A stretch of 64,000 nucleotides of DNA from Candidatus Eiseniibacteriota bacterium (GTDB lineage Bacteria; Eisenbacteria; RBG-16-71-46): assembly GCA_963776245.1 (NCBI GenBank), contig CAVZLN010000006.1, positions 352,001 through 416,000 on the forward strand. Reading direction: 5' to 3'. Each line of letters opens with the position of its first letter. The first letter of the stretch is position 1. Position numbers and translations under genes: made by a program. This document shows, piece after piece, positions 9,814 to 18,908 of the stretch. Below the pieces are notes generated by a model. The model made no database searches. It had not been told where the DNA came from and saw only the letters and a list, made by a program, of their open reading frames with translations.

Positions 9814-11384
9814 GGCGCCCCGCGCTCGGCGCGCACCGCGCCGAGGACCCGCGTCCAGCCCCACGCCGCGGCCAGCAGCAGCGCGAGCGCCAGCCCGAGC
9901 ACCGGCACCGCCGGCAGGCCGGCGTAGAGCGCGTACGTCCACCAGAAGTCGAGGCCGTGGAGCAGCCGCGCCTGGTCGTCCGCGCCGATGCCGAGTCGCG
10001 TGCCGGGCCGCCGGCCCCGGTGCGGCGAGAGCCGCGGCCACTCGCCGCGCAGGTGCTCGGACAGGTTGCGTCCGAGCATCGCCCAGTGGCCGGCGATGGG
10101 CGTGTGATGCGGATCGAAGTGGCTCGCCGACATGAAGCGCGGGTCGTCGAGCGCCAGCGTGTACGGGTAGTCGCCGGCCTCGCGCATCTGGGCGCCGAAG
10201 TAGATCGCCACGCCGCCGATCTGCACCAGCGCGCCCACGATCGCGAGCGCCCACGCCACGCGCCGGCGCGCGCGCGCCGCGCCCTCGAGCGCGAACGCGA
10301 CCGCGAGGAACGCGAGCGGCAGCAGCGGCACCAGGTAGCGCGGGCCGAACGAGCCGTCGCCGGCCCAGTGCTGGAAGCGCGCGTAGAGGAGCAGCGCGCC
10401 CGCCCACGCCAGCCCCGCGCCCAGCAACGTCGCGCGCTGCGCCGCGCCGCGCTCGCGCCCGCGCGCCAGCGCGCGTCGCACCCCGTGCGGCACCAGCCAC
10501 AGCGCCGGCGCGAACCACAGCACGCCCTTGCCCGACGACACCAGCAGGCCGTAGAGGCCGACCCGCAGCGGCGTGGTGTAGGCGGCGGCCGTGGCCTGCG
10601 CGCCGTAGCCGGTCTCGAACGGCGTGCCGAAGCGCGCGAGGTTGTAGAGCGCGTGGCCCGCGAGCGCCGCCGCGACGCCGGCGAGGCCCACGGCCGCCGC
10701 GCGCGGCGAGCCGCGCCGCGCCACGGCGCCAGCGGCACCAGGCACGCGAGCGCCAGCGGCAGCATGCTGAGCTTGGCCGAGACCGCGAGGAACGCGCCGA
10801 GCGCGGCGAGCCGCTCCGCGCGCGGCGCGCCGCGCGCGGGCGCGCGCGGCCGCGGTGAGCGCCAGCAGCAGACCGAGGGCCTGGAGCGGCTCGGCCATGA
10901 AGGACTTGGCGTACGGCCACACCGGCGTGGTGAAGCCGAGCATCGCGGTGGCCGCGAGCGCGGCGCGGGCGCCCACGTCGAGCCCGCGCGCGGCGAGGTA
11001 GAACAGCGCCAGCAGCGCGGCGGTGACGAGCGCGTTGAAGAACGACGCGACCGCGCGCGCCGCGAGCGGCCGCCGGGCGGGGGACAGCGGCGCCGCGGCC
11101 GCCAGCGCCTCGCCGGCCGCCACCAGCGGCAGCGCGAGCACCGCCTGCCCGGCGGCGTTCTTCGAGTAGAAGCGCCCGTCCGCGCCCTGCAGCGTCGCGC
11201 CCTCGGGCACCGCGACGGTGCCGCGCAGCAGCGAACGGGCGACCTCGAACATGGTGACCTCGTCGCTGCCGACGATGCGCCCGCCCCCGCTGACCGCGAA
11301 CGTGAGCAGCGCCGCGAGCGCGATCGACCACGCGGTGCGGTGCCGCGCGCGGCGTTCGGCGACGCGCCGGTCGGGGGCGCTCAT
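9810..11384 (-). CDS. GT-C-fold (lipid-P-sugar-dependent) membrane glycosyltransferase
   Basis: Start MSAPDRR at 11384 (ATGA overlap). First TM followed by a GSDE acidic motif, YSK, WPYAKSFMAEP, YNLARFGTPFETGY, GKGVLWFAP, WAGDGSFGPRYLVP. Compensating frameshifts at about 10690-10830. Confidence 0.75.
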   Translation of the reverse strand: MSAPDRRVAERRARHRTAWSIALAALLTFAVSGGGRIVGSDEVTMFEVARSLLRGTVAVPEGATLQGADGRFYSKNAAGQAVLALPLVAAGEALAAAAPLSPARRPLAARAVASFFNALVTAALLALFYLAARGLDVGARAALAATAMLGFTTPVWPYAKSFMAEPLQALGLLLALTAAARARARRAARGAARRARRVPRGLGQAQHAAAGARVPGAAGAVARRGSPRAAAVGLAGVAAALAGHALYNLARFGTPFETGYGAQATAAAYTTPLRVGLYGLLVSSGKGVLWFAPALWLVPHGVRRALARGRERGAAQRATLLGAGLAWAGALLLYARFQHWAGDGSFGPRYLVPLLPLAFLAVAFALEGAARARRRVAWALAIVGALVQIGGVAIYFGAQMREAGDYPYTLALDDPRFMSASHFDPHHTPIAGHWAMLGRNLSEHLRGEWPRLSPHRGRRPGTRLGIGADDQARLLHGLDFWWTYALYAGLPAVPVLGLALALLLAAAWGWTRVLGAVRAERGAP

Positions 11385-12532
11385 CGCCAGCCCCGCGCCG
11401 GCTTCAGTCCGTCGATCAGCCCGGTGGTCGCGTCCGCGAGCGCGTCCCACGAGTGCGCCCGGCGCAGGCGCTCGACGTTCGTCCGCATCACCGCCGCCAT
11501 CCCGCGCGCGAAGTAGTGCGACAGCGCGTCGGCGAGCGCCGCCGGGTCCTCGGGCGGGGTCACCAGGCCGGTCTCGCCGTGCTGCACGGTCTCGGCGAGC
11601 CCGCCGACGTCGGTGATGATCACCGGCACGCCGAGCGCGTACGCGACGTGGGTGACGCCGCTCTGGGTGGCGGAGCGGTAGGGCAGCACGACCACGTCGG
11701 CGGCCTTGAACAGCGCCTCGACCTCGTCGTCGGGGGCGTACCGCAGGCGCATCTGGACGGCGGGCCCGCCGCCCGCGGCCGCGGCCAGCGCGAGGTAGGG
11801 TGCTGAGTCCTCGTAGGCCTCGCCGGCCACCACCAGCACGGCCCCCGGCCGGCGTTCGCGCACCGTGCGCCACGCCTCGAGCAGGATGTCGAGCCCCTTG
11901 TAGTGCCGCACGTAACCGAAGAACAGCGCCACCTCGGCGTCGGGTGCCAGGCCGAGCGCGGCGCGTGCCGAAGCGCGGTCGTGGCGCCCGTGGTCGAACT
12001 GGGCGTAGAGCGGATGCGCCACGCGGCGCCGCGGCGCCCCCGGCTTGAGCGCCTCGAGGTCGCGCTCGACGCTCTCCGACATCACCAGGTAGCCGTCGGA
12101 GTTGCGCAGCATCCAGCGCGTGAACGCGGCGTCGAACGGGCGCTTCTCGTGGGGCACGAGGTTGTCGCACACCAGGATCACGCGCGTGCCGCGGCGCCGC
12201 AGCGGCCCCACCGAGGACGCGAACGACGGCGCGAAGAACGGCATCCACCACTTCAGGATCACCGCCCCCGGCGCGAAGCGTTCGAGATGCGCGGCGGTGC
12301 GCCGCCAGCTCCACGGTCCGATCGAGTCGAGCAGCGCCTCGACCGGGAAGCGCGGTCGCGCGGCCTGCGGATCGAGCTGGGTCTCGCCCGGGAACAGGAA
12401 CCCCGGATACTGGCGCGTGAAGGTCACGCCGCGCACCTCGGCCCGGCTCATGAGCGACTCGCCGAGCAGCGCGAGGTACTGCGCCAGCCCGCCCCGCCAC
12501 GGGGCCACCGGTCCGACCAGGGCGATCCGCAT
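11381..12532 (-). CDS. GT4 glycosyltransferase
   Basis: MRIALVGPVAPWRGG, FFGYVRHYKGLD, LPYRSATQSGV, TDVGGLAE. Confidence 0.9.
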   Translation of the reverse strand: MRIALVGPVAPWRGGLAQYLALLGESLMSRAEVRGVTFTRQYPGFLFPGETQLDPQAARPRFPVEALLDSIGPWSWRRTAAHLERFAPGAVILKWWMPFFAPSFASSVGPLRRRGTRVILVCDNLVPHEKRPFDAAFTRWMLRNSDGYLVMSESVERDLEALKPGAPRRRVAHPLYAQFDHGRHDRASARAALGLAPDAEVALFFGYVRHYKGLDILLEAWRTVRERRPGAVLVVAGEAYEDSAPYLALAAAAGGGPAVQMRLRYAPDDEVEALFKAADVVVLPYRSATQSGVTHVAYALGVPVIITDVGGLAETVQHGETGLVTPPEDPAALADALSHYFARGMAAVMRTNVERLRRAHSWDALADATTGLIDGLKPARGWR

Positions 12533-12549
12533 GCGCGGAAGCACGGGCC

Positions 12550-13575
12550 TCAGCGCGAGGCCGACGACCAGGTGTGGAGGCCGCGGCGCTCGAACTGGAA
12601 CGGCACGACCTGGCCGCCGTGCTTCTCGAGCAGCTCGGCGACGCGGTGCTTGCGGTCGAAGCGCGTGAGCAGGAGGAAGTAGCCCCCGCCGCCGGCGCCC
12701 GGCATCTTGCCGCCGATCGCGCCGGCGCGGCGCGCGAGCCGGTAGAGGTTGTCGATGCGGCTGTTCGAGATGCTCTCGTCGAGCTGCTTCTTGTGCTCCC
12801 AGGCCTGGTGGAGCAGTTCGCCCACGCCGTCCACGTCGCCGAGCAGCAGCGCCTGCTTCATGTCGAGGGTCTGGCGCTTCAGCTCGTGCAGCGCCTCGAC
12901 CACGCGCGGCTGGCCGGAGCGGTAGGACGCGGTCTGCCGCTCGATGATGTGCGCCCCCTCGCGGGTCTGGCCCATGTAGCAGAGCAGCAGTCGGTACTCG
13001 AGCTCGTTGAGCACGTCGGGGCGGATGCGGAGCGGGTTGACCACGGTGGTCGCGCCGAGGAACTCGATGAAGTTGAAGCCGCCGAACGCCGCCGCGTACT
13101 GGTCCTGCCGTCCGCCGGCGAGCTTCATGTCGACGCGCTCGATGCGGTACGCGGCCTCCGCCGCCTCGTAGCCCGACATCGGGTGCTTGAGCCACTCGGA
13201 CAGCACGCCGAGGAGCGCGACCACCAGGGTGGACGAGGAACCCAGGCCGGATCCCGGCGGGGCGTCGGAGTGCACCCAGAGGTCGAGCCCGCGGCGCACC
13301 TTCATCGCCTTCACCACCGCCTTGAGCAGGTCCAGCTTGCCGTCGAAGCGCATGCGCGACAGGTGGTCGTAGCGCGCCACGACGTCGTAGTCGAGGCTCG
13401 CGAGCATCAGCCGCGCGTCGCGACGCGGGCGCAGCGAGGCGTAGGCGTACTGGTTGATGGTGGCCGACAGCACCATGCCGCCGTGCTCCTCCGGGTACGG
13501 CGAGACGTCGGTGCCGCCGCCGCAGAACGACAGCCGCAGCGGAGCGCGCGCGCGGAAATACACCCGGCCTTTCAC
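12550..13575 (-). CDS. hddA: GHMP kinase, D-glycero-alpha-D-manno-heptose-7-phosphate kinase (HddA-like)
   Basis: RARAPLRLSFCGGGTD, PPGSGLGSSS, GRQDQYAAAFGGFN, GGKMPGAGGGG. Confidence 0.85.
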   Translation of the reverse strand: MKGRVYFRARAPLRLSFCGGGTDVSPYPEEHGGMVLSATINQYAYASLRPRRDARLMLASLDYDVVARYDHLSRMRFDGKLDLLKAVVKAMKVRRGLDLWVHSDAPPGSGLGSSSTLVVALLGVLSEWLKHPMSGYEAAEAAYRIERVDMKLAGGRQDQYAAAFGGFNFIEFLGATTVVNPLRIRPDVLNELEYRLLLCYMGQTREGAHIIERQTASYRSGQPRVVEALHELKRQTLDMKQALLLGDVDGVGELLHQAWEHKKQLDESISNSRIDNLYRLARRAGAIGGKMPGAGGGGYFLLLTRFDRKHRVAELLEKHGGQVVPFQFERRGLHTWSSASR

Positions 13576-14264
13576 GATGCGAACCTCCGCTCGGCCCGCG
13601 CCCACTCCTCGGGGGTGCCGATGTCGTAGAACTCCCCTGCGGTCTCGATCCCGATGAGCCGGCCCGCGGCGGCGAGCGCCGGCAGCACGTCGCGCTCGAG
13701 CGACGACACGCCCGCCGGCAGCCGCCGCCAGAACTCGGGCGAGAACGCGTAGAGACCGCCGTTCACCCACGCCGGGCCGCGGAAGGCGGGGTCCTTCTCG
13801 ACGAAGCGCGCGACCGACCGGGCCGCGCCGAGCTCGACGCGGCCGCGACTGGCCGCGTCCTCGACGCGGTAGAGCGCCACCGCCCCGAGCGCGCCCAGCT
13901 CCCAGCGCGCGCGCTCGAGCTCCCACGGGTCGCACTCGAGCAGGGTGTCGCCGTTGAGCACCAGCGCCGGGCCGTCGAGGTGCGCCTGGGCGTGCTTCAG
14001 CGCCCCCCCGGTGCCGAGCGGCTCGGGCTCGATCGAGTACGTCACGCGCACCCCCAGCCGGGAGCCGTCGCCGACCGCCTCCTCGATGGCCGCGGCGCCG
14101 TAGCCCGCGCACAGCACGACCTCCCGCACGCCGTGGGTGGCGAGCCAGCGCAGCGGCCGCTCGAGGAACGGGCGGCCGCCCACCGGGGCCAGCGGCTTGG
14201 GCAGTTCGCCGAAGCGCGGCCGCAGCCGCGTGCCGAGGCCGCCCGCGAGCACGAACGCCTTCAT
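13572..14264 (-). CDS. hddC: Sugar-1-phosphate guanylyltransferase (HddC-like)
   Basis: MKAFVLAGGLGTRL, LPKPLAPVGGRPFL, EPEPLGTGGAL, NGDT, FYDIGTPE; coupled to hddA. Confidence 0.75.
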   Translation of the reverse strand: MKAFVLAGGLGTRLRPRFGELPKPLAPVGGRPFLERPLRWLATHGVREVVLCAGYGAAAIEEAVGDGSRLGVRVTYSIEPEPLGTGGALKHAQAHLDGPALVLNGDTLLECDPWELERARWELGALGAVALYRVEDAASRGRVELGAARSVARFVEKDPAFRGPAWVNGGLYAFSPEFWRRLPAGVSSLERDVLPALAAAGRLIGIETAGEFYDIGTPEEWARAERRFAS

Positions 14265-15208
14265 GCGTCCCCGTCGGGGCCGAAGGTGCGCCGCAGCGGA
14301 TAGTCGTCGCGCGCGCGCATGTTCGCGATCATCTCGCCCAGCAGGCCCATGAGGATGAACTGGATGCCGAGCAGCACCAGTCCGGCGCCGAACAGCATCA
14401 GGGGCCGCACGCGCATCGGCGCCCCGCCGGTCCACTGCGCCACGAACCACAGGCCGATGAGGCCGCCGCCGGCCAGGAACAGCAGCCCGATGCGCCCGAA
14501 GACGTGCAGCGGCTTGAGCACCGAGGTCGAGATGAACGCCGCGGAGAGCAGGTCGAGGAACCCGTTGACGAAGCGCGCGGCGCCGAACTTGCTCTGCCCG
14601 AAGCGGCGCGCGCGGTGGCGCACCGGCACCTCGCCGACGCGGAAGCCGCGCCAGTGCGCGAGCGCGGGCATGAAGCGATGGAGCTCGCCGTAGACCTCGA
14701 TCGCGTCCACCACCTCGCGGCGGTAGAGCTTGAAGCCGCAGTTGAAGTCGTGCAGCCGCACGCCCGCGACCAGCGAGGTGACGGCGTTGAAGAGCCGCGA
14801 CGGCATCGTCTTGGTGATCGGGTCCTGGCGCTTCTGCTTCCAGCCCGACACCAGGTCGAGCCCGCCTTCGAGCGCCGCCACCATCCCCGGCAGCTCGGCC
14901 GGGTCGTCCTGGAGGTCGGCGTCGATGGTCACGATCCACTCCCCGCGCGCGCGCTTGAAGCCGGTGGCGAGCGCCGCGGACTTGCCGAAGTTGCGCCGCA
15001 GCACCGCGCCCCGCACCCGCGGATCGGCGGCGGCCAGCGCCGCGATGGCCTGGTCGGTGCCGTCGCGCGAGCCGTCGTCCACGTACACGATCTCCCACGG
15101 CCGGCCGAGGCCGTCGAGCGCCGCGACGAGCTCGCGGTTCAGCTCCGGCAGGCTCTCCGCCTCGTTGAAAGCGGGCACCACGACCGAGAGGAACGGCGCC
15201 GCGCTCAT
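14261..15208 (-). CDS. GT2 polyprenol-phosphate glycosyltransferase (ArnC/GtrB-like, two C-terminal TM helices)
   Basis: SVVVPAFNE, VDDGSRD, RNFGKSAAL, DADLQDDP, LHDFNCGFKLY, GELHRF, two C-terminal TMs. Confidence 0.9.
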   Translation of the reverse strand: MSAAPFLSVVVPAFNEAESLPELNRELVAALDGLGRPWEIVYVDDGSRDGTDQAIAALAAADPRVRGAVLRRNFGKSAALATGFKRARGEWIVTIDADLQDDPAELPGMVAALEGGLDLVSGWKQKRQDPITKTMPSRLFNAVTSLVAGVRLHDFNCGFKLYRREVVDAIEVYGELHRFMPALAHWRGFRVGEVPVRHRARRFGQSKFGAARFVNGFLDLLSAAFISTSVLKPLHVFGRIGLLFLAGGGLIGLWFVAQWTGGAPMRVRPLMLFGAGLVLLGIQFILMGLLGEMIANMRARDDYPLRRTFGPDGDA

Positions 15209-16164
15209 ACCCGCGCCCCGCCGTAGAGCGTGCGCGCCCACGCGGCCTGGGCGGCGAGCCCGGCCGCGATGTCCACGCGCGTGGCGTACCCGAGATCGGC
15301 CTTCAAGCGCGAGGCGTCGGCGCGGGTGCGCAGCGGATCGCCGGGCGGGCGCGGCTCGAACTGCAGCCGCGCTTTGGTGCCGAGCGCCGCCTCGAGCAGG
15401 CGGATGGCCTCGAGCACCGTGACCTGGGAGCCGCCGCCGACGTTGTACACGCCCTGGGGCGCGCTCCGCTCCCACGCCAGCAGGTTGGCCTCGACGGCGT
15501 CGTCGACGAAGGTGAAGTCGCGCGACTGCTGGCCGTCGCCGTACACCGTGATGGGCTGGCCGCCCAGCATCGCCTGGCAGAAGCGATGGAACGCCATGTC
15601 GGGCCGCTGGCGGGGGCCGTACACGGTGAAGTAGCGCAGCGCGGCGACCGGGAGCCCGAAATTGCGCCCGTAGAGCAGGGCCAGGTGTTCGCCCGCGAGC
15701 TTGGTGACGCCGTAGGGCGAGAACGGGCGTGGGAGCATCCCCTCGTCGGTCGGGTAGCGCTCGGCGTCGCCGTAGACCGAGGACGAGGACGCGTACACGA
15801 AGCGCTCGAGGCCGGCCGTCCGGTAGCGCTCGAGCAGGCGCTGGGTGGCGAGCACGTTGTGATGGGTGTAGGCCGCGAAGTCGGCGCCCCATGAAGCGCG
15901 CACCCCCGCCTGAGCCGCCTGATGGAACACCACGTCCACCTCGGGCAGCGCGGCCAGGTCCGCCGCGCCGAGGTCGAGCGCGAGCAGCGTGAAGCCCGGG
16001 TGGGCCTGCGCGCGCTCGAGGTTCTTCCGTTTCAGCGCCGGGTCGTAGTAGTCCGTGAAGCAGTCCACGCCCGTCACCGTCATGCCCCGCTCGAGCAGGC
16101 GCTCGACGAGGGTCGAGCCGATGAATCCGGCGGCCCCCGTCACCAGCGCGCGCGTCCCGGCCAT
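15205..16164 (-). CDS. NAD-dependent epimerase (UDP-glucuronate 4-epimerase-like SDR)
   Basis: VTGAAGFIG, HQAAQAGVR, ASSSSVYG, SPYGVTK, RYFTVYGPRQRPDMA. Confidence 0.9.
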   Translation of the reverse strand: MAGTRALVTGAAGFIGSTLVERLLERGMTVTGVDCFTDYYDPALKRKNLERAQAHPGFTLLALDLGAADLAALPEVDVVFHQAAQAGVRASWGADFAAYTHHNVLATQRLLERYRTAGLERFVYASSSSVYGDAERYPTDEGMLPRPFSPYGVTKLAGEHLALLYGRNFGLPVAALRYFTVYGPRQRPDMAFHRFCQAMLGGQPITVYGDGQQSRDFTFVDDAVEANLLAWERSAPQGVYNVGGGSQVTVLEAIRLLEAALGTKARLQFEPRPPGDPLRTRADASRLKADLGYATRVDIAAGLAAQAAWARTLYGGARV

Positions 16165-16178
16165 GCGACCTCCCGCGG

Positions 16179-18908
16179 TTACGGCGTTCCCTGTGGCGTG
16201 AGCGGGCGCGGCATCACCAGCCCGGTCCCCGGCGCCGTGCCGCCGAGGGCAGCCCGGCGCGTCTCGAAGAGCTGGCGCGCCTTCCCGTCCTCGGGGTGGC
16301 GGTCGAGCCAGCGCTCGAGATAGCCCAGCGACTGTTCGCGGCGCCCCGCGTCCCACAACATGGTGTGCGCCGCCAGGTAGGCCACGTTGAGGTCCGGCTG
16401 GAGCTGGATCGCGCGGTCGAACGCCCGCGCCGACGGATCGATCTGTCCGCGGTACATCAGCGTCATCGCGAGGTAGTACTGCGTCTCGGGATCGTTCGGG
16501 TTGCGCTGCGTCAGCATGGTGTAGAGCGCGAGCGCCCGGTTGGTGTCCCCGCGCTCGATGTAGAACGTGCCGAGCGGCAGGAGCACGTCGGTGAAGGTCG
16601 GGAACATGCGCGAGACGCGCTCGAACTCGGCGATCGCCACGTCGAGACGGCCCTGCCGGTGCGCGAGGAGCCCCAGATTGATGTGGGCGGCGGCGTAATT
16701 GCGCGACAGGGTCTCGGAGTTCTCGTCCTTGTACACCGAGGTGTCCCACGTCCCGTCGGCCTTGAACAGCCCCCGGTACTTGAAGACCTCGTAGAGCGAC
16801 CTGCGCGTCACCGCTTCGTCGACCTCGGGTCCGAGGGTGTCGCGATTGACGCGGTACACCAGCCCCTCGAGCGTGAATTGCGGGTCGTAGCCGACGTGCT
16901 CCGGCACCGTGACCGCGAAGTACGGCTGGCGGACCCAGCCGCCGTCCGGCCGCCGGCTGTTCTCGATCAGGCGGTGGGCCATGAATTCATTGGTGTAGAC
17001 CGGCTTGAATCCCCCGCGCCCGTCGGGCAGCAGCACGATGCCGTCCGGACTGAGGCCTCCGCCCTGCGCGAGATAGGGCTTCATCAGCGAGTCGGCGAAC
17101 GCCTTGGAGACGCCGCCGGGGAGGCGGAGCACGCCCTCTCCCAGCCCGTTGACGATCATGTGGTCGTCGAGGTCGACCGGGAGCTTCGGGTCCAGGTCGC
17201 GCAGCTGGCGGATGTACCAGTCGGTGTTGAGCAGGCTCATGTTGACGACGCGCACGTCGCGGCGGAAGCCCTCGACCTCCTGGATGTACCAGAGCGGGAA
17301 CGTGTCGTTGTCGCCGTTGGTGAACATGAACGAGCCGGGCGCGAGCGGGGCCAGCATGTTATAGGCGTAGTCGCGCGCCACGTAGTTCCCGCGCCGGTCG
17401 TGCTCGTGCCAGAGCTGCTTCGCCAGCACCACGGGCTGCGCCAGCAGCAGCCCCGCGGTCGCCAGCGTCAGGTAGCGCCGGGACGGGGAGTCCTCCGCGA
17501 ACGCCTCGCGCACGAACATCAGCATCCACGCGCTCCCCACCCCGATCCAGAGCGCGAAGGCGTGATAGCCGCTCTGGAAGAAGTAGTCGCGGTCGCGAAC
17601 CTCGTGGTCGGTGAAGTTGAGGAACACGATCAGCCCCGCGGTGTTCAGTCCGAAGAACACGAACGCGGGCAGCCAGCGCCTTGGATCACGCCGCGCCTGC
17701 CACCCCGCGCCGATGAGGCCGAGCGAGAGCGCCACCACCGAGGCGAGCCCCTTGTTGTCGAACGGGAGCACCGGCCACTGGCGGCTGAAGTAGCGCCAGA
17801 ACTCCTTGCCGAGCTGGACATCGATCGGGGCGCGCCGCACGAACATGTTCATCTGCCCGTACTGCTTGCGCTCGAGCAGGTCGCGCAGGCTGGTCCAGGT
17901 GGACGGGTCGCCCTCGTTGATCGCCGGGTGCTGGGCGGCCCGGATCGGCAGATAGAGGTGCGTCGAGTATCCGATCACCATGAGCAGCAGCGCGAGGCCG
18001 AGGATGCGGCCTTCCTTGTGCTTGCCCGCCAGCAGCGCCAGCGGGACCGCGATCGAGAGCGCCGAGATCGTGCCGGAGACCAGGTCGAACGACTTGTCGC
18101 CGAACGCGATGCTCATGCCCCACAGCGCGGGCACCGCGCACGCGAGCACCACCATGCCGTTGATCTTCTTCTGGGACGCGAACCAGAAGAAGGTCACGGT
18201 CGACAGGGCGATCACCCCGCCCGCCATGCGCTCGAGGCCGGCCGTGCACAACAGCACGGCGAGGAACGGCATCAGGAACAGCAGCGCGCTGCGGCGGTCC
18301 GCGATCGCCACCATCGCGAGCAGCGGTAGCCCCATGACGCCGACGCCGAGGTGGAGCCCCACCGACAGCCACATCACGTACACCGCCACCAGCAGCAGGC
18401 CCACCGAGGGCTTCTTCTCGTGCTCGTCCCACCAGCGCAGCCCCAGCCACAGCACCAGGATCTGCGCCAGGCTCATCATCTGGTAGACCTCGGCCTCGAC
18501 CGAGTTCTCCCAGTACGCGTCCGAGAACGCGAGCATGAGCGCGCCCGCGACGGCGCCGACGTGCGCCATCCAGTCGGTCCCCGGTGTGAGGCGCTCGCGC
18601 ATCGCGCCGCGGATGAGGCGCAGGCCCACCAGGTAGGTGAGCATCACGGCGAGCGCCGAGGACAGGGCGCTCAGCGCGTTCACCCGCTGGGCCACGGTCG
18701 CCCATGGGATCATGGTGAAGATCCGGGCGATGAGCACGTAGGTCGGGGTGCCGGGCGGGTGCGGGATGCCGAGGATGCGCGAGACGGCGATGAACTCGCC
18801 GGCGTCCCAGAACGGGACGGTGGGCGTGAGCGTGATCAGGTAGACGGCCGCCGCGACGAGGAAGACCCCGAACGCGATGACCGCCGTGGTGCGCCTGCCC
18901 ATGTCCAT
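16179..18908 (-). CDS. DUF2723 / TMEM260-like GT-C glycosyltransferase with C-terminal TPR-like repeats
   Basis: TPTVPFWDAGEFIAVS..LGIPHPPGTP, EAEVY, RDRDYFF, FTNGDNDTFPLWY, NMSLLNTDWYI; helical repeats at the C-terminus; 909 aa intact. Confidence 0.88.
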   Translation of the reverse strand: MDMGRRTTAVIAFGVFLVAAAVYLITLTPTVPFWDAGEFIAVSRILGIPHPPGTPTYVLIARIFTMIPWATVAQRVNALSALSSALAVMLTYLVGLRLIRGAMRERLTPGTDWMAHVGAVAGALMLAFSDAYWENSVEAEVYQMMSLAQILVLWLGLRWWDEHEKKPSVGLLLVAVYVMWLSVGLHLGVGVMGLPLLAMVAIADRRSALLFLMPFLAVLLCTAGLERMAGGVIALSTVTFFWFASQKKINGMVVLACAVPALWGMSIAFGDKSFDLVSGTISALSIAVPLALLAGKHKEGRILGLALLLMVIGYSTHLYLPIRAAQHPAINEGDPSTWTSLRDLLERKQYGQMNMFVRRAPIDVQLGKEFWRYFSRQWPVLPFDNKGLASVVALSLGLIGAGWQARRDPRRWLPAFVFFGLNTAGLIVFLNFTDHEVRDRDYFFQSGYHAFALWIGVGSAWMLMFVREAFAEDSPSRRYLTLATAGLLLAQPVVLAKQLWHEHDRRGNYVARDYAYNMLAPLAPGSFMFTNGDNDTFPLWYIQEVEGFRRDVRVVNMSLLNTDWYIRQLRDLDPKLPVDLDDHMIVNGLGEGVLRLPGGVSKAFADSLMKPYLAQGGGLSPDGIVLLPDGRGGFKPVYTNEFMAHRLIENSRRPDGGWVRQPYFAVTVPEHVGYDPQFTLEGLVYRVNRDTLGPEVDEAVTRRSLYEVFKYRGLFKADGTWDTSVYKDENSETLSRNYAAAHINLGLLAHRQGRLDVAIAEFERVSRMFPTFTDVLLPLGTFYIERGDTNRALALYTMLTQRNPNDPETQYYLAMTLMYRGQIDPSARAFDRAIQLQPDLNVAYLAAHTMLWDAGRREQSLGYLERWLDRHPEDGKARQLFETRRAALGGTAPGTGLVMPRPLTPQGTP

